The notes below the pieces were generated by a model. That model searched no databases. It was not told where the DNA came from and saw only the letters and a list, made by a program, of their open reading frames with translations. Of a stretch of 64,000 nucleotides of DNA, positions 10,733 through 17,810 are shown piece by piece. The stretch is from Dehalococcoidia bacterium. Its GTDB lineage: Bacteria > Chloroflexota > Dehalococcoidia > Lucifugimonadales > UBA2962. The stretch covers positions 2,090,158 through 2,154,157 of the forward strand of contig OZ244723.1 in NCBI GenBank assembly GCA_965219325.1, written 5' to 3'. Within the stretch, counting starts at the first letter, position 1. Every line of letters begins with the position of its first letter. Both the position numbers and the translations under genes were made by a program.

Positions 10733-12127
10733 GTGGCCTTCGAGCCGTGCGTGCTAAGATTTTTACGTCCCCATATCGCAACTAAGCCCGGTAAGGTGGC
10801 CGCCGTTATGTCCCACTCAAGGCTTGCTCGAATGACCCCCCTACCCTACATACACCTGCTGGCGGTCCTGCTTGGTGCCCTGCTGATGAGCGCGGTCGCG
10901 TGCGGCGACGCCACCGGACCAGATGGAACCACCATCACCGTCGATGACGACAACAATCGCGTCACCGATCTAGACGACACCGCTTTCCCAGAGGTGATTC
11001 CGCCATCAGAGCCCTTGGTCGCTCCGTCCGAGGTTGCCGAGGAACTGCGAATCATTTGGGAGACCTGGGCCATCCTGACCAGGGATCACGTCGACCGAGC
11101 GAAGCTGGACCCCAGCATGATTTCGGAGGGCGCCATCCGGGGGATGCTGGTTGCCCTCGGAGATCCGCACACCAACTACGTTTCACCAGAGACTTTCGCG
11201 GTCGACTCAAACGATACATTCCAGGGCGAGTTCGAGGGCATAGGTGCCCACGTATCTACCAATCGCCACGGCGTGTTGGTGATCGTCGCCCCCATTGCCG
11301 GCGGCCCAGCCGAGGCCGCTGGAATTCGGCCCGGCGACCAGATACTGGCTGTCAACGGAGAATCCATAGAGGGGCTGAGCCTTCTTGAAGCGGTTGCCAT
11401 TATCAGGGGGCCCAGGGGTACCGTGGTCACCCTGCTCGTCAAACATTTGGGGGCATTGGATCCCGTGGAAATAGAGATCGTCAGAGGAGTCATACCTCTG
11501 ACAAGCGTCCTGGTACGCAGCCAGCCCGAGGACAGATTCCTCCACGTTCGCCTAACGAACTTCTACCCGGAGACGGCAAACGAGCTCAGCGAAGCGATAA
11601 GGGGGGCCTTGGCCGATGGTGCCGAGGGCTTGGTGCTCGACGTTAGGGATAATCCTGGAGGCCTGCTCAGTTCCGTTATTCAGATAGCAGAGCTGTTCCT
11701 TGAGGAAGGGCTCGTTCTATATCAGATTGACGGAGCTGGAGAACGCACCAATTGGAGCGTGAGGTCACCGGGCGAGTTTACGGAACTTCCGATGGTAATT
11801 CTGGCCAACGGGTTTAGCGCCAGCGCCAGCGAGGTATTGGTCGGTGCCCTTCAAGATCACGACCGGGCACCGGTAATTGGTGAGCCCACATTTGGCAAAG
11901 CCAGCGTGAACATCCTCCGGCCACTGAGCAACGGAGGTGGCATATTCATCACTACCTCCCGCTGGTACACGCCCTTGGGTCGAGAAATCCAAGACGAAGG
12001 GGTCATGCCCGACATCGAGGTGACAGCCGCCGATCCGAGGGACAGAGACGTCGTTCAGCTGGAGCGAGCACTCGATGAGCTTGAGCGGCTCGTTTCGTCC
12101 GAGCCTGCCGCTTCAGCCGGCATTTGA
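10733..12127 (+). CDS. ctpA: Carboxyl-terminal processing protease (S41, PDZ), probable lipoprotein; true start likely 10808 or 10832
   Basis: AVAC lipobox, FEGIGA, PAEAAGIRPGD, LDVRDNPGGLL, SASASEVLVGALQD, TFGK, TTSRWYTP. Confidence 0.93.
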   Translation: MAFEPCVLRFLRPHIATKPGKVAAVMSHSRLARMTPLPYIHLLAVLLGALLMSAVACGDATGPDGTTITVDDDNNRVTDLDDTAFPEVIPPSEPLVAPSEVAEELRIIWETWAILTRDHVDRAKLDPSMISEGAIRGMLVALGDPHTNYVSPETFAVDSNDTFQGEFEGIGAHVSTNRHGVLVIVAPIAGGPAEAAGIRPGDQILAVNGESIEGLSLLEAVAIIRGPRGTVVTLLVKHLGALDPVEIEIVRGVIPLTSVLVRSQPEDRFLHVRLTNFYPETANELSEAIRGALADGAEGLVLDVRDNPGGLLSSVIQIAELFLEEGLVLYQIDGAGERTNWSVRSPGEFTELPMVILANGFSASASEVLVGALQDHDRAPVIGEPTFGKASVNILRPLSNGGGIFITTSRWYTPLGREIQDEGVMPDIEVTAADPRDRDVVQLERALDELERLVSSEPAASAGI

Positions 12128-12145
12128 TTGCTGTCAGGGGGCACA

Positions 12146-12619
12146 ATGTCCGCCCACAACCCGCAGGCCAACAGTAGGACTATCGCGCTGAACCGACGGG
12201 CCAGGCACAACTATGAGATCCTGAGCATCTATGAAGCTGGGCTCGTCCTCACCGGCACCGAAATAAAATCGCTGCGGGCAGGCAACGCTAACCTGTCCGA
12301 CGCCTACGCTCAACCACAGGACGGCGAACTCTGGCTACGCAACCTGCACATAGCCACCTACGCTTCGGCTGACCACCACAACCACGACCCTACCCGTCCT
12401 CGGAAATTGCTGCTTCATCGCAGCGAGATTAGGGAGCTATCGCAGCAGGTGTCTGCCAGAGGTCTGACCCTCGTGCCGCTGCGTCTCCATTTGACCCGTG
12501 GACTAGCTAAGGTCGAGCTCGGTCTAGCCCGTGGGAAGCGCCGACACGATAAGCGAAGGGCAATAATCGACCGCGAACGGAAGAGAGAAGCCGAGCGGGC
12601 GATTAAAAGGAGTTTGTAA
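12146..12619 (+). CDS. smpB: SsrA-binding protein
   Basis: NRRARHNY, EAGLVLTGTEIKSLR, RKLLLH, GLARGKRRHDKR. Confidence 0.97.
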   Translation: MSAHNPQANSRTIALNRRARHNYEILSIYEAGLVLTGTEIKSLRAGNANLSDAYAQPQDGELWLRNLHIATYASADHHNHDPTRPRKLLLHRSEIRELSQQVSARGLTLVPLRLHLTRGLAKVELGLARGKRRHDKRRAIIDRERKREAERAIKRSL

Positions 12620-12622
12620 ATT

Positions 12623-12668
12623 GTGACGAGGTCGGGGTTCCCAGGATCGGAACCTCCGACCTCGTCAC
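12623..12668. terminator. Long hairpin between convergent smpB and a small HTH gene (probable bidirectional terminator)
   Basis: GTGACGAGGTCGG-GGTTCC...GGAACC-T-CCGACCTCGTCAC. Confidence 0.65.
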
Positions 12669-12683
12669 TTCGCAGTTGGTTCG

Positions 12684-12908
12684 CTAGCTGACCCGCTTGA
12701 CTTCGATCGACTCTCCCGGCGCCAGAGCTACTCTCCGAACGCTGATCCCCAATTTCAAGAGCCAATAGCCCAGCGTGGCCTTGCTGACGCCGAGTTGTTC
12801 AGCCGTGGCCGAGAGGCCCCGCTCAGTTACCAACTCAGGCAGCATCTTCTCCAGCGGGCGCTGGAAACGCTCCTCCACCGCAACCATCTTCTTGGTCTTC
12901 TTATTCAT
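12684..12908 (-). CDS. Small helix-turn-helix protein (74 aa)
   Basis: LSATAEQLGVSKATLGYWL HTH-like; GGAGG RBS before ATG at 12908. Confidence 0.75.
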   Translation of the reverse strand: MNKKTKKMVAVEERFQRPLEKMLPELVTERGLSATAEQLGVSKATLGYWLLKLGISVRRVALAPGESIEVKRVS

Positions 12909-13112
12909 GCTTGACCCCTCCTCGTTGGTGTCTAGCAATCAGACTAGCGATGATCTCATACTGAGTCAATCGGTTTTATCAATTCTTTTCTGGGATTCTG
13001 TAAACCTATTCTAAAGCGTTTTCAACGCCGCCTGAATATGGGGAGGGTGCATCAGCCAAGCTGCGCCGTGACCCAGCGCGGTCCCGATAAGAGTGGTCGT
13101 TCGTTATGGATC

Positions 13113-13145
13113 TTTATTGACACGCGAAACTAGCGTGTCAATAAA
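13113..13145. promoter_or_regulatory. Perfect 13-7-13 inverted repeat containing TTGACA on both strands
   Basis: TTTATTGACACGC-GAAACTA-GCGTGTCAATAAA in a divergent intergenic region. Confidence 0.6.
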
Positions 13146-13279
13146 AGTATCATCGCCGGTTCGGCTCGGTTGCACTGCCCATTCTCTCGCGCATTCTCGC
13201 TTTGTCGACCAGTCAATAGACGTCCGCAGAATTGCGTCGCCTACCCAATGGGCCCGCACACTTTTGCAATAATGGACCC

Positions 13280-13774
13280 ATGCCGGTACTGGAGCGTATT
13301 CGCCGTAACCATGCTCTTGAACACGCGACCCTGGCGGTGCTCGCCAGCAGTGGAGTTAAGGGACTGCTTGCAGGCTATTCAACTAGTGGCGGATTTTGGT
13401 TGCTGGCCCCTGCCTCCGCCTCGACTGTCGAAGCCGCAGCCAATACAGCACTTGAGCGTCTCTCTTTGGGAGAGAGCCAGCTGGCCATCTCGGCTAGCTG
13501 TGGTACCAACCTCGCAGTCGCCTCCCTCCTTGCCAGCGCTGTGATCCGTTTGGCCAAGGCTAGACGTGGTGGTGGACGAACTGGTTGGCCACTCAAGGCA
13601 GTCCTGGTAGTTGGAGCTTTGGCATTGGCCAGGCCACTAGGTACCGCCATCCAACGCAAGCTCACGACCCTTTCTATTGTGGAAGGTATGAGGGTGTCCA
13701 GAGTCAGGACCCTCCAAATCGGCCAGTTCCACTTGCACCGCATCTTCACCGAGCAGCGCCTCGACCCACGTTGA
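13280..13774 (+). CDS. DUF6391-like membrane protein
   Basis: RIRRNHALEHAT and CGTNL motifs followed by hydrophobic helices, recalled from Chloroflexota proteins. Confidence 0.7.
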   Translation: MPVLERIRRNHALEHATLAVLASSGVKGLLAGYSTSGGFWLLAPASASTVEAAANTALERLSLGESQLAISASCGTNLAVASLLASAVIRLAKARRGGGRTGWPLKAVLVVGALALARPLGTAIQRKLTTLSIVEGMRVSRVRTLQIGQFHLHRIFTEQRLDPR

Positions 13775-13908
13775 GTTGAGGAGGAATGGCGCTCCTGGGC
13801 GTGGATTGATGAAGGGCGCGCACCAGTTGGCATGGCTCGCCTGCTGACTGAGCCATCGGAAGCTACTGCCTTTCGCCCAGCGGATTGCTAGACTGAATCA
13901 ATCCATGT

Positions 13909-13985
13909 GCCCCTGTAGCTCAGATGGATAGAGCGGCTGCCTTCTAAGCAGCGGGTCGCGGGTTCGAGTCCTGCCAGGGGTGCCA
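13909..13985 (+). tRNA. tRNA-Arg(TCT)
   Basis: Full cloverleaf: GCCCCTG/CAGGGGT acceptor, GCTGC-CTTCTAA-GCAGC anticodon arm, GGTTCGAGTCC T-arm, encoded CCA. Confidence 0.97.
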
Positions 13986-14030
13986 CTATAGACTGGTAGA
14001 TGACCTCCCTGCCCAGTCAGAAATACCTTC

Positions 14031-14049
14031 TAGTCAACGAATAGTCAAC
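14031..14049 (+). repeat. TAGTCAAC direct repeat pair (11-bp period), possible integrase arm-type sites
   Basis: TAGTCAAC-GAA-TAGTCAAC about 45 bp downstream of the tRNA. Confidence 0.4.
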
Positions 14050-14075
14050 AGAGAGCGGATCATAGGAGGCAATGG

Positions 14076-14363
14076 GTGCCACGCGTAAAAGTCTTTAGGA
14101 TCAAAGGATTCAACGTGGCTAGGGATTCCACGAAGAGGTTTGAGGTCGTCTTCCAAATTGGGCACGAAGACCGCGAGATCCGTGTCTTGGGGACTTGCAT
14201 TTACCCCGTCGGACAGTTTGACCACTCGCCGCCTTCAAACCACGATGCGGCTGAGCGAATCTGGGGGATGTTAGTAGCAGACCTTAAGGATCTTGCGCCA
14301 CAGCTTGCAGAGGTTGAAGTCGATTGGAAACCATCGCAGTCTCCAGTCGACCACTACGGCTAG
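14076..14363 (+). CDS. Hypothetical protein (island)
   Basis: GGAGG RBS upstream, protein-like composition; no family recognised. Confidence 0.5.
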   Translation: MPRVKVFRIKGFNVARDSTKRFEVVFQIGHEDREIRVLGTCIYPVGQFDHSPPSNHDAAERIWGMLVADLKDLAPQLAEVEVDWKPSQSPVDHYG

Positions 14364-14438
14364 GATAGCTACCGGCCCACAGGTGATTCGAAAATCGAAC
14401 CCCCAGCCCTGCTTTAGAACCCAGGTTCAGGTTCGGCC

Positions 14439-14657
14439 TCACCCCGGCATTGCGACTCCGGCCCGTTCCCATGCCTCGCGTTCGTGGTCGAGCACCTCGA
14501 TAGTCGTCATTTGGGGATTGCTTCTGGCCACGGCCTCGGTAGACTCAATGACCGTGGGCGGCCTAGGGGGTGTGGCCGACCGACCGCAAATGAGGCACGA
14601 CGGCGGTTCGTGGGCGGTCCAGACGTCGCAGCCGCACCGCTGACAGCTACGCGGCAT
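14439..14657 (-). CDS. Small putative zinc-finger protein
   Basis: CQRC...CLIC (CxxC-x13-CxxC). Confidence 0.4.
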   Translation of the reverse strand: MPRSCQRCGCDVWTAHEPPSCLICGRSATPPRPPTVIESTEAVARSNPQMTTIEVLDHEREAWERAGVAMPG

Positions 14658-14749
14658 CAGCCACCACACCGGGCCTCGTCACGGCCTCAGGCCTTCCTTG
14701 ACACGGCTCAAATCGAAGTCCTAAATTTGAACGAGCCGAAAGGCTGAGG

Positions 14750-14778
14750 AGGACGGTCACGTGGCCGTCCCTTTTTTT
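14750..14778 (+). terminator. Intrinsic terminator-like hairpin
   Basis: GGACGGTCAC/GTGGCCGTCC stem followed by T7. Confidence 0.6.
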
Positions 14779-14799
14779 GCCATTTAGCAGGAGGCATGA

Positions 14800-15123
14800 T
14801 TGATGCGACCTGAATTGCGTAAGGAAGTCCTCCGCATCGCGAAAGCGTTGGGCAAGGGTGAATGGCAGGCGGCACATCTCCGACCTGGCAGGTCAATGCT
14901 GGAAATCGAGGCAATTGAACACTTGAAATCGAGTGGCTTGATAACGGCTGAAGGCAAGCGTCCCCCTTTCTTGACCGACAAGGGCGACGAGTTCTTGCAG
15001 GAATCCAACGCCTCATGGTTGTACCGGTTCATTAAGAATTGGTCTGCTTGGATCATCCCAATCGTGGCTGCTGTTATCTCTGGTGCAACGGGGGCGGCAA
15101 TTACCTTCTTCTTGACTTGTTAG
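14800..15123 (+). CDS. Hypothetical protein with C-terminal transmembrane helix
   Basis: AGGAGG RBS; C-terminal WIIPIVAAVISGATGAAITFFL. Confidence 0.55.
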   Translation: MMRPELRKEVLRIAKALGKGEWQAAHLRPGRSMLEIEAIEHLKSSGLITAEGKRPPFLTDKGDEFLQESNASWLYRFIKNWSAWIIPIVAAVISGATGAAITFFLTC

Positions 15124-15139
15124 GCTAGCCGCTGGCGGC

Positions 15140-15790
15140 TTAGCCATCACTCGCCATTAGGCCTGACGTTGCCAGCGCCTGATCGACCTGCACGCCAGCC
15201 GCCACAAGGTTCTTGAAGGCGGTTGCTCGACCGACCAGATCGTGAGCGTACAAGCCCGAGAACCCGAGTTCGACATCCGCTTCGAGCTTGACCATCAACT
15301 CGTGCTGTAGCAGCGCGGCCAGCGGCTGGACCGTCATCGTGAGATAGCGCCGGAAGGCCTCGCGCTGGGCGGTCCCGTCGGAATCGTCGAAGAGCGCCGG
15401 CGGTGTTCCGCAGGCGGCCAGCACGGCGTTAAATGAGTCCGTTCGTATCGTACGCATCGCCACCGGTGGATTCGGACCGAGCCGGGAGGCAATCCAAACC
15501 CGTTGTGGTGCCGAGGCTCGACCTTCGCCCCATCCGGCGTTGGCTGTCTCGATCAGCAGGGCCTTGCCACGGGCGGCCGCTATGTCTTTCTTGAGGTCTT
15601 TGAGCGGGTCGTCCTCGTCAGCCGTCACCACCATCTTGGGGAACGGCCAGCAGGTTCGCCAGCGGTCCTTTAGCCTCATCGGCTAGTGACCGCTCGACCT
15701 CGGATTGGAGCCGCGCCGTCGTGTGGGCCCAGCTCAACGGCCCGGTGCCGACGTAGCGTTGGCCAGGCGTCGATCCCCACCGCACGAATA
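15140..15790 (-). pseudogene. Phage portal-like gene remnant, frameshifted near 15620 and 5'-truncated by the MITE
   Basis: Upstream frame YVGTGPLSWAH...GPLANLLAVPQDGGDG joins DEDDPLKDLKKDI...VLAACGTPPALF...TVQPLAALLQHELMVKL, resembling portal GxSP and C-terminal motifs. Confidence 0.5.
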
Positions 15791-15791
15791 C

Positions 15792-15860
15792 TGACCTGCC
15801 CCCCTTTGCCGGTCCAGCTCACTAACAATACGGCTGGACCAGAATTTTGGGGGCAGGTCA
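15792..15860. mobile_element. 69-bp IS3-derived miniature element (MITE)
   Basis: TGACCTGCCCCC...GGGGGCAGGTCA terminal IRs; left half resembles the left end and right half the right end of the IS3 at 20636-21926. Confidence 0.75.
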
Positions 15861-17473
15861 TGTTGTTGTTCAGGGAAAATGTCCGTAGCTAACTGTTCAG
15901 CGAAATTGTCATTCCATGCAAGGAGTGACATTGAGCCAGCAGGCACAGACGAGACTGAAGGTACTGAACAGCGTGCTGGTCGGCCAATTGCCGGTTGGCC
16001 AGGCGGCCGAGGTACTGGGGATCAGCGAACGCCACGTCAGGCGCATCCTGGCGGCCTACCGGGAGGAAGGAGCCGCCGCGCTGGTCCACGGGAATCGAGG
16101 CCGTAGACCTGCCAACGCCACAACCGAGGCGGCGATTGCCGAGGTGATGGAGTTGGCGGCGAGTCGCTATTCGGGTACGAACCACACGCACCTTTCCGAG
16201 TTGCTCATGGAGCGTGAGGGTATATTCCTGAGCCGCTCGACGGTGAGGCGGATCGCCCTGAGCGCCGGAATTGAGAGCCCCCGCCGCCGCCGTCCACCCA
16301 AACACCGCGTAAGGCGTCAGCGTATGCCCCAGGAAGGGATGCTGGTGCAGGTAGACGGCAGCCACCATCGGTGGCTGGAGGATCGTGGCCCCCGCTTTGC
16401 GCTGCTATTGGCCGTTGACGATGCGACCGGCACGGTGCCCTATGCATTGTTCAGGCCGGAAGAGGACGCGATGGGATACCTGCTGTTGATCGAGGGGATG
16501 ATCGAGCGCCGAGGGGTACCCCTTGCGCTCTACAGCGATCGTCACGCTGTCTTCAAAAACCCTGCACCGCCTCGGCAGAAGCTGCCCGGACCGACGCAGT
16601 TCGCCCGGGCCATGCAGCGGTTGGGCATAAGACAGATCTTCGCCCGGTCGCCACAGGCCAAGGGGCGTGTCGAGCGTGTGGCCGGGACATTCCAGGACAG
16701 ACTGGTCACCGAGCTGCGACTGGCGAAGGTCGAGACCATGGAACATGCCAACGAGGTCCTGCACCGATACCTGCCGAGGTTCGACGAGCAGTTCGGTGTC
16801 CCGGCGGCGCAGTCGGAGGTGGCCTACCGCAAACCTCCGTCAGCGGCCGCTGTCGAGCAGGCTCTGTGTTTCAGGTTCCACCGCAAGGTGGCAAGGGACA
16901 ACACGGTCAGGCACCGATGGCGCACCCTGCAGCTGCTGCCCGGCATGGAGCGGACCAGCTACGCCGGAGTTCAGGTGGAAGTCCTTGAGCGTCCCGATGG
17001 TCGACTGCTGGTTGAATACCAGGGGCACCTGATCGAGGCACAGGAGGCGCCTCCACGTCCGGAGTTTCTACGTGTCCTGGGGAATCGCACCACCCCCGAC
17101 GGCCGTGTCAACGGCTCCAGCCATGGTCACCAGGAACTGGCATGCCTGGAGAAGACCGATGTAGACAGTGAACAGGCAGCCAGCCCGCGGAGAAAACGCA
17201 AGCGTGCAGCTCCAGGATCGAGGAAGCCAACCCCGCGCCAGAAGGCTCTGTGGGAGGCGGTTCAGGAGGCCAGGGCACGCGGCCTGTCGCTGCGTGCGAT
17301 CGCCAGGGAGCTGGGGATCCACAGGGAAACCGCCCGCAGGTACGCACTGACCGAGAGCCCGCCCATGTACACACGGGTCAAGCCCGCCACAGCCCTATCC
17401 GATACCATCAACAACCACGGCGATGGACAATTTCGCTGAACAGTTGACCGGACATTTTCCCTGAACAACGACA
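15861..17473 (+). mobile_element. IS1202-family (ISNCY) insertion sequence
   Basis: TGT...ACA ends; IRs TGT(T/C)GTTGTTCAGGGAAAATGTCC with a second subterminal copy TGTTCAGCGAAATTGTC; AGGTCA at 15855-15860 and 17475-17480. Confidence 0.88.
15916..17439 (+). CDS. ISNCY/IS1202-family DDE transposase with C-terminal HTH
   Basis: LVHGNRGR, QVDGSHHRW, AVDDATG, LYSDRH, ARSPQAKGRVER, FQDRL; C-terminal GLSLRAIARELGIHRETARRY. Confidence 0.93.
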   Translation: MQGVTLSQQAQTRLKVLNSVLVGQLPVGQAAEVLGISERHVRRILAAYREEGAAALVHGNRGRRPANATTEAAIAEVMELAASRYSGTNHTHLSELLMEREGIFLSRSTVRRIALSAGIESPRRRRPPKHRVRRQRMPQEGMLVQVDGSHHRWLEDRGPRFALLLAVDDATGTVPYALFRPEEDAMGYLLLIEGMIERRGVPLALYSDRHAVFKNPAPPRQKLPGPTQFARAMQRLGIRQIFARSPQAKGRVERVAGTFQDRLVTELRLAKVETMEHANEVLHRYLPRFDEQFGVPAAQSEVAYRKPPSAAAVEQALCFRFHRKVARDNTVRHRWRTLQLLPGMERTSYAGVQVEVLERPDGRLLVEYQGHLIEAQEAPPRPEFLRVLGNRTTPDGRVNGSSHGHQELACLEKTDVDSEQAASPRRKRKRAAPGSRKPTPRQKALWEAVQEARARGLSLRAIARELGIHRETARRYALTESPPMYTRVKPATALSDTINNHGDGQFR

Positions 17474-17810
17474 TAGGTCAATTCACTGTTCGCTCCCCCA
17501 CATGGCGGGCGTTCATGCACTCCTAAGGCCCCGGCACAAGACTCCAGTGCGAACGGCCCGCCGTCTGCGAGCTTGGTTTAGGGTTCCCCACGTGTCCCTG
17601 TGACTCGACCAATAGCACAGGATAACTTTACGGGCTCGGTATTCCACCACGAGTCCCACGGGCCTAACCCTCTCAAGCATGCCACGGTGAGACACCAGCC
17701 TCCTCCAACCAGATGTTGCGCAGATTTCCTCGGTCAACATCGCAGCTGTTCCGCTTGATGTCCTGACCGCATCTGCCGCAGTGATAGGCTGATTCCCGAT
17801 CAATCTGGAC

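Noticed and set aside
12620-13908. tmRNA (ssrA) expected near smpB
   Set aside because: No tmRNA-like 5' end or T-arm plus CCACCA 3' end found; the hairpin after smpB fits a terminator
14735-14772. Hammerhead ribozyme (CTGAGGA and GAAA present)
   Set aside because: Motif order and spacing cannot form the three-stem core
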